Positions 19,053-25,599 of a stretch of 64,000 bases of DNA are shown piece by piece (position 1 is the stretch's first letter; every line of letters begins with the position of its first letter). The notes under the pieces were generated by a model that saw only the letters and a list, made by a program, of their open reading frames with translations, ran no database searches and was not told where the DNA came from. This DNA comes from Eubacteriales bacterium (GTDB lineage Bacteria > Bacillota > Clostridia > Oscillospirales > CAG-272), in the NCBI GenBank assembly GCA_041655935.1, contig JBBAEK010000002.1, forward strand, positions 5,548 through 69,547, in the 5' to 3' direction. Both the position numbers and the translations under genes were made by a program.

Positions 19053-20396
19053 ATGATTTGTGACAACCTATCCATCAACAGCCAAGGCCACCTGTGCTTT
19101 GCCGGGCAGGACACCACGTTGCTCGCCGAAACTTACGGCACCCCTCTCTACCTGATGGACGAGGATAAAATCCGCGCCAACTGCCGCCTGTACAAGCACG
19201 CTATGCAGCAGGCCTTTGGCAAGCGGGCCCGTGTGCTGTACGCCGGCAAAGCCGCCGCCTTCCGCCATATGTATACCATCATGAAGGAGGAGGGCATGGG
19301 CATTGATGTGGTGTCGGCAGGCGAGATATACACGGCCGTCGCCGCCGGCTTTCCCATGGCGCAGGCGTATTTTCACGGCAACAACAAGACCGATGCCGAC
19401 ATCAGCTTTGCCATGGACCACGGAGTGGGCTATTTTGTGGTGGATAACCAGGAGGAGCTGGAGGCCATCCGGCGGCAGGCCGCCGTGCGGGGCATCGAGC
19501 AGCAGGTACTGCTGCGCCTGACCCCGGGCATAGACCCGCACACCTTTGCCGCCGTGGCCACCGGCAAGGTAGACTCCAAGTTCGGCTCCGCCATCGAGAC
19601 CGGGCAGGCAGAAGCCATCACCGCCGCCGCCCTTTCCGGCTCGCACATCCGACTGGTGGGTTTCCACTGCCATGTAGGCTCCATGGTCTTTGACGCGGAG
19701 GTGTTCATCAGTACCGCCGCCATCATGCTGCGCTTTATCGCCCATATTCGGGACACATACGGCTATACCCCCGAGCTGTTGGACCTCGGCGGCGGCTTCG
19801 GCGTGCGCTATATCGAGGCACACCCCACCATAGACATCCCCGCCTGTATCGAGCAGCTGGCGGTCGCCATGAAGACACAGGCGGACAAACTCCGGCTACC
19901 GCTGCCCGTCATCGCCCTCGAGCCGGGGCGCAGCATCGTGGCCGATGCGGGCATGACCCTCTACACCGTGGGGACGGTCAAGACCATCCCCGCCTATAAG
20001 AACTATGTCTCGGTGGACGGCGGCATGACCGACAATCCGCGCTATGCGCTGTACGGCTCGCCCTACACCGTCCTGCTGGCGAACCGCGCCGCCGACCCCG
20101 CCGACTTTCCCTGTTCGGTGGTCGGCCGTTGCTGTGAGAGCGGCGACATCATCCAGGAAAATATCGCGCTGCCCTCCGGCATCGTCCGCGGCGAGCTGAT
20201 CGCCGTGCTCACCACCGGGGCTTATAACTACTCCATGGCGTCCAACTACAATCGTATCCCCCGCCCCCCCATCGTCCTGTTACAGGGCGGCGGGGCGAGG
20301 GTAGCCGTCCGCCGCGAAACCCTCGAGGACCTGCTCCGCGCCGACCTCCCCTGCCACCTCAAAATCAACTCCGACCAGTGCCTCCCCACCCGCTGA
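19053..20396 (+). CDS. lysA: diaminopimelate decarboxylase
   Basis: GTPLYLMDE ... YAGKA (PLP lysine) ... GGGFG ... EPGRSIVA ... CESGD motifs. Track ORF begins at 19011 in the same frame. Confidence 0.93.
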   Translation: MICDNLSINSQGHLCFAGQDTTLLAETYGTPLYLMDEDKIRANCRLYKHAMQQAFGKRARVLYAGKAAAFRHMYTIMKEEGMGIDVVSAGEIYTAVAAGFPMAQAYFHGNNKTDADISFAMDHGVGYFVVDNQEELEAIRRQAAVRGIEQQVLLRLTPGIDPHTFAAVATGKVDSKFGSAIETGQAEAITAAALSGSHIRLVGFHCHVGSMVFDAEVFISTAAIMLRFIAHIRDTYGYTPELLDLGGGFGVRYIEAHPTIDIPACIEQLAVAMKTQADKLRLPLPVIALEPGRSIVADAGMTLYTVGTVKTIPAYKNYVSVDGGMTDNPRYALYGSPYTVLLANRAADPADFPCSVVGRCCESGDIIQENIALPSGIVRGELIAVLTTGAYNYSMASNYNRIPRPPIVLLQGGGARVAVRRETLEDLLRADLPCHLKINSDQCLPTR

Positions 20397-20472
20397 CCGC
20401 AGGTTTTCCTTGCGGACCGTATGCGCTATCTGCCGTGCGAATTCGTCCGTCCGCGCGAGATGGTTTCATGTG

Positions 20473-20514
20473 AAACAAACAGGCGCTGCCCGGTGGGGCA
20501 GCGCCTGTTTGTTT
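20473..20514. terminator. bidirectional intrinsic terminator between lysA and the convergent small gene
   Basis: 19-bp perfect stem AAACAAACAGGCGCTGCCC / GGGCAGCGCCTGTTTGTTT with a GGTG loop and T/A-rich flanks. Confidence 0.75.
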
Positions 20515-20530
20515 GGATAGACACACGGGG

Positions 20531-20905
20531 TCATTCCGGATAATAGCGGGTGAGGTGCCAGGTGGTATCCTCCGAAAAACGCAACGTGAGGTCATCGCCC
20601 GACAGCGTGATGGTGGCGCGGTCGGCGGAGGAGGGCCCGAAGGAAATGAGCAGTTCCCCGTCCCTGACCCGGTAGGTGAAGGCACTGGTCCCGCTACCGC
20701 TCTCATCGCTGTAACGGAGCAGCCCTTGCCCCCTTTTTTGAAACTCGTAAATTTCCACCATCCCGTTCCGGGTGGTTTGCCACGAGCCATAGAGGTCTTT
20801 CGCCGACAGCTTCCACGGCTGTATGACCATCAGGAAAATCAGCGTGAGGGCCAGCACCAGGGGAACGAGCAGTAGCCACTTGTTTTTCATCTTTTTATCT
20901 CTCAT
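20531..20905 (-). CDS. hypothetical exported/membrane-anchored protein (124 aa)
   Basis: N-terminal signal/anchor (KNKWLLLVPLVLALTLIFLMVI) followed by a beta-rich domain. No family recognised. Confidence 0.6.
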   Translation of the reverse strand: MRDKKMKNKWLLLVPLVLALTLIFLMVIQPWKLSAKDLYGSWQTTRNGMVEIYEFQKRGQGLLRYSDESGSGTSAFTYRVRDGELLISFGPSSADRATITLSGDDLTLRFSEDTTWHLTRYYPE

Positions 20906-21031
20906 CTCTGTCTGTCACTTGGTGCGCACGCCTGCCGAAAGGGTATCTACGCACCGGGGACCCCGGCTTTTTTTGCCGTGAGGGGGAGCGGGCAAGTTCG
21001 GCGCAAAGTGCCGTTCATTTTCAAAAAATGC

Positions 21032-21060
21032 TTGACAAAGCTGTCCGCTTGTGGTAGGAT
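21032..21060 (+). promoter_or_regulatory. promoter for tRNA-Lys (TTGACA-17-TAGGAT)
   Basis: TTGACA 21032-21037, TAGGAT 21055-21060. Confidence 0.55.
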
Positions 21061-21076
21061 AGATAAGTCCGAAAAA

Positions 21077-21152
21077 GCTCCTGTAGCTCAGAAGGTAGAG
21101 CATTTGACTTTTAATCAAAGGGTCCGGAGTTCGAATCTCCGCAGGTGCACCA
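21077..21152 (+). tRNA. tRNA-Lys (anticodon UUU), CCA encoded
   Basis: Hand-folded cloverleaf: D arm GCTC/GAGC, anticodon stem TTTGA/TCAAA with loop CTTTTAA, T arm CGGAG-TTCGAAT-CTCCG, discriminator A, CCA. The acceptor stem has one U3:U70 mismatch. Confidence 0.9.
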
Positions 21153-21163
21153 TTTCCGCAAAT

Positions 21164-21201
21164 CCGCACAGCCTGAGGCAACGATGGCTGGCGGTTTTTT
21201 G
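21164..21201 (+). terminator. intrinsic terminator after tRNA-Lys
   Basis: CCGC(A)CAGCC ... GGCTGGCGG stem followed by T6. Confidence 0.7.
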
Positions 21202-21274
21202 TTTGGAGGGCCATGCTGCCCCGTCACTTTGCAACCCTTATCATACCACAACACCGCGGCGGTGTCAATCGCCG

Positions 21275-21314
21275 AAAAACAAAAGGATGCGTCATGGACT
21301 GACAGCATCCTTTT
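21275..21314 (-). terminator. intrinsic terminator after rpmF
   Basis: AAAAGGATGC..GCATCCTTTT hairpin, followed on the minus strand by GTTTTT. Confidence 0.65.
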
Positions 21315-21325
21315 GTTTGGGTGCG

Positions 21326-21517
21326 TTACGCTTTCTTTTCCGCAACCGGCACAATTTCTTGGCCCTTGTAGTAGCCGCACTTTTTGCAGACACGGTGGGT
21401 CAGATTGAATTCACCGCATTTGGGGCATTTGCAGATGGCGGGCAAATCCAGCTTCCACACACTGGACCTTCTTTTATCTCTGCGTGCTTTGGATGTTTTC
21501 CTCTTCGGTACTGCCAT
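21326..21517 (-). CDS. rpmF: 50S ribosomal protein L32
   Basis: [17 protein letters not shown] start and zinc-ribbon CPKCGE...CKKCG. Confidence 0.95.
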   Translation of the reverse strand: MAVPKRKTSKARRDKRRSSVWKLDLPAICKCPKCGEFNLTHRVCKKCGYYKGQEIVPVAEKKA

Positions 21518-21558
21518 GGTCATAACCTCCTTTAGGTTGAGAGCGACGGGCGCCCTAT

Positions 21559-22119
21559 CTATATTTTATTTTCTGAATCAGGGTTGGCTTGTTTCAGCTC
21601 GTCCAATATCTTTTGCAGGGGTGCCAAGCGAGGGTCAGGTGCTTCCTTGCAGTCACAGCTACCCTCATTCAGGTCCTGCCCGCACTGCTGGCAAAGCCCA
21701 CGGCAATCCTCGGCGCACAGCAGACGGGAGGGAAACTCCATCTCCAGCAGCTCCAGCAACAGCTCGTCTATGTCTAAAAAGCCGTCCCGGATCTCCACAT
21801 ACTCGTCCAGTTTGTCCTCGTTGATCCCATCCAGCACCTTGGTAGGGGCGGCGGTTTTCTCGAGCTCAAGGTGAAAGGTACCGTCAATGTCCCGTAGACA
21901 TCGTGCGCAGGGCGCGATATACGGCACCCAGAGCGAGAGCTGCAGGCGTATATACCCGGCAGTGTTCACCACACTGCCCTGCACATGCATCGCCTGGGGG
22001 AAGCGAACGCCCCACAGATGGGGGACAGAGACAGACAGCTCGTCAGGAAGGGTGAGCTGAAAATCAATGGGCAAAGCGCGGATCTCTCCCGCCAGCAACG
22101 CCCGCAAATCTATCTTCAC
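21559..22119 (-). CDS. yceD: YceD/DUF177 family protein (large-subunit rRNA accumulation protein)
   Basis: Conserved position upstream of rpmF. C-terminal Cys-rich [26 protein letters not shown] start after GGGGAGG. Confidence 0.88.
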   Translation of the reverse strand: MKIDLRALLAGEIRALPIDFQLTLPDELSVSVPHLWGVRFPQAMHVQGSVVNTAGYIRLQLSLWVPYIAPCARCLRDIDGTFHLELEKTAAPTKVLDGINEDKLDEYVEIRDGFLDIDELLLELLEMEFPSRLLCAEDCRGLCQQCGQDLNEGSCDCKEAPDPRLAPLQKILDELKQANPDSENKI

Positions 22120-22188
22120 GCAATCCTCCCCACCCGGCGCACCAAAAGCGCGCCATCATTCGTGCGCCCATTCAAAGTCGCACAAACC

Positions 22189-22217
22189 ATTATACACATA
22201 CTTTCTCCACTTGTCAA
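22189..22217 (-). promoter_or_regulatory. consensus promoter for yceD-rpmF (TTGACA-17-TATAAT, TGtG upstream)
   Basis: Minus strand reads CTTGACAAGTGGAGAAAGTATGTGTATAATGG. Confidence 0.65.
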
Positions 22218-22229
22218 GTACCGGCACTG

Positions 22230-22391
22230 AAAAAAGACAGAGCCCCCCAAGTAAATTCCACCGTGGAATTTACTTGGGGGATTTACTCAAGACAAACCAT
22301 CCCCATCGGATACCAGCCACCCGAAAAAGCAAGCCCATCAAACAAGCCGACGGCAAGCACCCGTGTGCAAATCCCCCAAAACCGGTTTCAT
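22230..22391 (-). ncRNA. candidate small RNA or very short leaderless ORF, minus strand
   Basis: Minus-strand promoter TTGCTT (22425..22420)-17-TATGTT (22402..22397). A 17-bp hairpin CCCCCAAGTAAATTCC../..GGAATTTACTTGGGGG (22280..22244) is followed after 8 nt by U6 (22235..22230). No family assigned. Confidence 0.3.
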
Positions 22392-22467
22392 GTGTTAACA
22401 TAGGGCATATTTTCAAGACAAGCAAAAAAGGCTTGCGAGAAAATCATCCTTGTGATAAACTTTGGGT

Positions 22468-22713
22468 GCTAAGCATCCGGCGGATTCGGAGACAGCCACC
22501 GACGGCACGGCGATAGTTGTCACAGCTCCCGCTACAACGCAACCAATTTGACCGACAATTATGCCAACGACTACCGGAAACGCAACCCTTAAGGGATGTC
22601 AGTCGGGTGTTCGCGCCTGTCCCACAGGGGCTACTGCGAAGGCATGGGGCCCCACGGGGACCGATCACAAGCGGCTTTCGGCATCTGTCTTGCCGAAAGC
22701 CGCTTCTTTTGTG
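22468..22713 (+). ncRNA. candidate structured small RNA (~245 nt), family unknown
   Basis: Promoter TTGCGA (22433-22438)-17-TGaTAAACT (22453-22461). 15-bp perfect terminator stem AAGCGGCTTTCGGCA/TGCCGAAAGCCGCTT (22669-22705) followed by CTTTTGTG. The body is GC-rich with several local helices (e.g. GGUG-UUCG-CGCC, CCUGU-CCC-ACAGG). The next gene has its own promoter. Confidence 0.45.
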
Positions 22714-22802
22714 CAGTCAAGGAGCGTGCAAAAAGGTGCTTTTGCAAAGTACCGGCGGCACGGAGGGGGCGCAGATTTGGGCAAGAAGATGACCGAGTTG
22801 AT

Positions 22803-22831
22803 TTGACAAGACGGCATTTCTGTTGTACAAT
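22803..22831 (+). promoter_or_regulatory. promoter for the hypothetical gene pair (TTGACA-17-TACAAT)
   Basis: TTGACA 22803-22808, TACAAT 22826-22831. Confidence 0.55.
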
Positions 22832-22860
22832 GGGAGTATCTTTTGATGTGAGGTTTGGGG

Positions 22861-23532
22861 ATGTCGGATTATCAATATGGGGACTATGATAAGTACGAAG
22901 GCGAAGAAGAGCGGGAAATCACCCCTTTCGGGCGGGTGGCGTCGATCGTGGCGAAGACGGCGGCGGCACTCATTGCGGTATTTGTCATTGGCACACTGGT
23001 GTTTCGCATGAGCTTTGGGGCCTACTATCCAAGGGCGATGAAGTCGCTGTACGAGACCCAGGCGCTGGCGCTCTACCGCCAAAGCGTGGGCGGGGAGCCG
23101 GAGGTCCTGACCCAGAAGATCCGGGTGCCCTATGAGGACGCCTCCAACGGGTACTTCATGGCGGACAACCTGATTGTGGTGCCCGAGGCGGGCAACCTGC
23201 AGTGCAGCATTCGCCTGAACAAAAGGGTGTATCGGCTCATGGCAGAAGCGTATGGCTGGGAAGAGATACCCAAGGCGGGGGCGGAGATCTTCACCTTTGT
23301 GCTCTATGACAACCACGGGCAGGCCTACCCGGCCGGCCATGTGCAGATGGAAACAAAACTTTACTACGTGTACTACAAGCTGGTCTTTGACGGAGTAGAC
23401 CTGTCAGAAGCTACCCAGTGGTGTCGGGTGAACATCCATATAGACGGGGTGACAGACACCGAGCAAGAGCCGGCGGCGGCGATTGCGGTCTATGAGAACA
23501 ACGACACCTACTCGTTTTTTGAACCTTATTGA
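22861..23532 (+). CDS. hypothetical single-pass membrane protein
   Basis: Acidic N-terminal tail (DYQYGDYDKYEGEEEREI), one TM helix (VASIVAKTAAALIAVFVIGTLVF), ~170-aa extracytoplasmic domain. ATG 22861 follows GAGG; the track start 22855 is a TTG. Confidence 0.6.
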   Translation: MSDYQYGDYDKYEGEEEREITPFGRVASIVAKTAAALIAVFVIGTLVFRMSFGAYYPRAMKSLYETQALALYRQSVGGEPEVLTQKIRVPYEDASNGYFMADNLIVVPEAGNLQCSIRLNKRVYRLMAEAYGWEEIPKAGAEIFTFVLYDNHGQAYPAGHVQMETKLYYVYYKLVFDGVDLSEATQWCRVNIHIDGVTDTEQEPAAAIAVYENNDTYSFFEPY

Positions 23533-23580
23533 GTCGGCGAGTCGCCGCGAGAGTCGCCCATAAGGAAGGGAAGTGATGGC

Positions 23581-24105
23581 ATGAGCCCCTATCTATGCAC
23601 GCTGAAGGGGCAAAACCGACGGGGGTTTTGGCTGATGAGCGCCCTTTTGGCGGCGTTGGCATTGTCGGCGGTGGGGCTGATGCTGAACTTCGGGAGCAGG
23701 CCCCTGATGCGGGGACTGCTCTTTGTCTTGCTGGGGCTGTCACTGTGGATGGCCACGCGCGGGTACCTGATCAGTTATCTCTATGCCATTGAAGTGCTGG
23801 ACGGACAGCTTTTTTTGCTGGTGCGGGTGCGCCGGGGGCGCCGGGTGAGTACACGAGTGCAGTTACGGCTGGACTACCTGCGCGAGGTGACCGAGTGCGA
23901 ACGAGGCGTCCAGTCGGTCCCCAAAGGGAAGCCCAAGGAGGGGCGGTACCGCAACTGCTGCCAGGATATCCTGCCCGACCGCTACCAGTTGCTCCGCTTT
24001 GACGACGGATATGAGGAACAACTGGTGTCAATCCAGGTACACGAGGCGTTTGTACAGGTACTGACCGAGCAGGTAGAACGCCATCGGGAACAGGCGGAGC
24101 CATAG
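23581..24105 (+). CDS. hypothetical two-TM membrane protein with a C-terminal soluble domain
   Basis: Two TM helices, then a ~100-aa domain rich in Arg and beta-strand-like segments (possibly bacterial PH-like; not verified). AAGGAAGGGAAG RBS. A terminator hairpin overlaps the stop (AGGCGGAG..CTCCGCCT + T5). Confidence 0.6.
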   Translation: MSPYLCTLKGQNRRGFWLMSALLAALALSAVGLMLNFGSRPLMRGLLFVLLGLSLWMATRGYLISYLYAIEVLDGQLFLLVRVRRGRRVSTRVQLRLDYLREVTECERGVQSVPKGKPKEGRYRNCCQDILPDRYQLLRFDDGYEEQLVSIQVHEAFVQVLTEQVERHREQAEP

Positions 24106-24202
24106 GGCACTCCGCCTGTTTTTCTGTCTGGTTTCAGGTATTTTTGCGTGGCAGGTATGGTTTTTTGGTAGGGGGAGACAGTATGGGTGAGGAGGTGAGG
24201 CA

Positions 24203-24427
24203 ATGCCGAAACAAAGGTCAAACAAAAAGCTGCAGGGCAAGCCGAGCGGCGCCCCCAAAGACGAGGGCAACAACCGGTGGACAAACAACAATCTAAGGTA
24301 TTTCCCCGACGAGCGGGAACGCAGGGATGGCCCCGGCGGCGAGGATATGCTGCCGGAAGAGCCGGGGTGGGATGAGAAGCGAGACCACCTGAAGGGCCTT
24401 GCAGACCGCCGTGACGACAATGGATGA
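24203..24427 (+). CDS. hypothetical small highly charged protein (74 aa)
   Basis: GAGGAGG RBS 7 nt upstream. Low-complexity Lys/Arg/Asp/Glu/Asn-rich sequence. No family recognised. Confidence 0.4.
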   Translation: MPKQRSNKKLQGKPSGAPKDEGNNRWTNNNLRYFPDERERRDGPGGEDMLPEEPGWDEKRDHLKGLADRRDDNG

Positions 24428-24540
24428 ATGACAGGGCGCCCCGCAACAGGCAGCTTCTTGCCTTAGGGCGCGCTTTTGCGGCTGTTGCGGGGCGCGCAAA
24501 CACTTTTGTCGTTTGTTTGGGCGGGCGGGCAAAGTGGGAC

Positions 24541-24568
24541 TTGACTTCTCACGATTTTTCTATATAAT
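24541..24568 (+). promoter_or_regulatory. promoter for metA (TTGACT-16-TATAAT)
   Basis: TTGACT 24541-24546, TATAAT 24563-24568. The leader is short, leaving no room for an S-box. Confidence 0.55.
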
Positions 24569-24602
24569 AAAGCTATGACATTATCTGAAGTGAGGTAAGA
24601 CT

Positions 24603-25517
24603 GTGCCAATTAGGATTCCCCAGCGTTTGCCGGCGCGGGAAACGCTGGAAAACGAATATATCTTTGTGATGGACGAGGGTCGGGCTACCAGCCAGGACAT
24701 TCGTCCCCTGAAAATCGCCGTGCTGAACCTGATGCCCACCAAAATCACTACGGAAACCCAGCTCATCCGCCTGCTGTCCAACACCCCTCTGCAAATCGAG
24801 CTGACGCTACTGCACACCAAAACACACAAGGGAACCCATACGTCGGCAGAACATATCGATGCTTTTTACCGTGGGTACGAGGAGGTGCGGGAGACCCGTT
24901 TTGACGGGCTGATCATCACCGGTGCGCCGGTCGAAAACCTGCCCTTTCAACAGGTGGACTACTGGCAGGAGCTGTGCGATATCATGGAATGGACGAAAAC
25001 GCACGTTTACTCCACTTTCTATATCTGCTGGGCGGCCCAGGCGGGGCTGTACTACCATTACGGGATCGAGAAGCACGCCGTGCCGAGCAAGGTATTCGGG
25101 GTGTTCAGGCACCGCCCCTTAGACGCGCGGCACCCCCTGTTGCGCGGTTTTGACGAGGTGTTCCTCGCGCCCCACTCCCGCCACACCGAGGTCAGGGCGG
25201 CGGATATTGTCGCCTGCCCGGAACTGGATTTGCTGTCGGTCTCGGAGGAAGCGGGGGCATACTTGGCGGCGACCCGTGACCTGCGCCGCATCTTTGTCAC
25301 GGGACATGCGGAGTATGACCTTGACACACTCGACAAGGAGTACCGGCGGGACCTGGACCGGGGACTGAACCCCGCGCCGCCCAAACACTATTTCCCGGGT
25401 GACGACCCCACCCAAACACCGCTCAACACCTGGCGGGGACATGCCAACCTCTTGTTTGCCAACTGGCTCAACTACGCCGTGTACCAGAGAACGCCGTACG
25501 ACCTGTCCGACCTGTAA
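24603..25517 (+). CDS. metA: homoserine O-acyltransferase (MetA family)
   Basis: MPIRIPQRLPARETLENEYIFVM ... LKIAVLNLMPTKITTETQ is a typical MetA N-terminus. GTG start. Confidence 0.93.
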   Translation: MPIRIPQRLPARETLENEYIFVMDEGRATSQDIRPLKIAVLNLMPTKITTETQLIRLLSNTPLQIELTLLHTKTHKGTHTSAEHIDAFYRGYEEVRETRFDGLIITGAPVENLPFQQVDYWQELCDIMEWTKTHVYSTFYICWAAQAGLYYHYGIEKHAVPSKVFGVFRHRPLDARHPLLRGFDEVFLAPHSRHTEVRAADIVACPELDLLSVSEEAGAYLAATRDLRRIFVTGHAEYDLDTLDKEYRRDLDRGLNPAPPKHYFPGDDPTQTPLNTWRGHANLLFANWLNYAVYQRTPYDLSDL

Positions 25518-25523
25518 AGTCTC

Positions 25524-25572
25524 CCCATAGAAAAATCCACTCAAAGCAGCTTTGAGTGGATTTTTCTATGGG
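25524..25572. terminator. bidirectional terminator between metA and the convergent membrane-protein gene
   Basis: 23-bp stem CCCATAGAAAAATCCACTCAAAG / CTTTGAGTGGATTTTTCTATGGG. Confidence 0.7.
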
Positions 25573-25599
25573 CTAACCCCCAACACTTTGGCGGGTCCC

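Noticed and set aside
20960-20992. Small CCGG-GGACC-CCGG hairpin followed by T7 on the plus strand upstream of the tRNA-Lys promoter.
   Set aside because: The stem is only 4 bp and no plus-strand transcript upstream needs terminating. It more likely lies within the 5' region of the minus-strand 124-aa gene.
22282-22391. Type I toxin-antitoxin interpretation of the minus-strand small transcript (22-aa hydrophobic peptide MGLLFRVAGIRWGWFVLSKSPK with a nearby divergent RNA).
   Set aside because: The peptide ORF has no Shine-Dalgarno. The two RNAs are divergent and do not overlap, so there is no obvious antisense pairing. It is kept only as a remark inside the small-RNA finding.
22559-22590. tmRNA-like tag reading frame in the plus-strand small RNA (GCC AAC GAC TAC CGG AAA CGC AAC CCT TAA = ANDYRKRNP*).
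   Set aside because: The peptide starts like an SsrA tag (AND..) but lacks the hydrophobic ..LAA end. The RNA has no tRNA-like acceptor/T-arm (no GGTTCGA...CCACCA), so it is not tmRNA.
22067-22806. Track ORFs inside the non-coding island (22067..22516, 22444..22668, 22517..22792, 22561..22806, 22596..22889).
   Set aside because: They have no RBS. They overlap each other in all frames, read through strong terminator hairpins and promoters, and give low-complexity translations.
24496-24602. S-box/SAM riboswitch upstream of metA. Also T-box leaders upstream of glyQS and proS.
   Set aside because: The metA and proS promoters lie only ~30-45 nt from their start codons. glyQS starts 1 nt after the mtaB stop. 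There is no room for these elements and no signature sequences.
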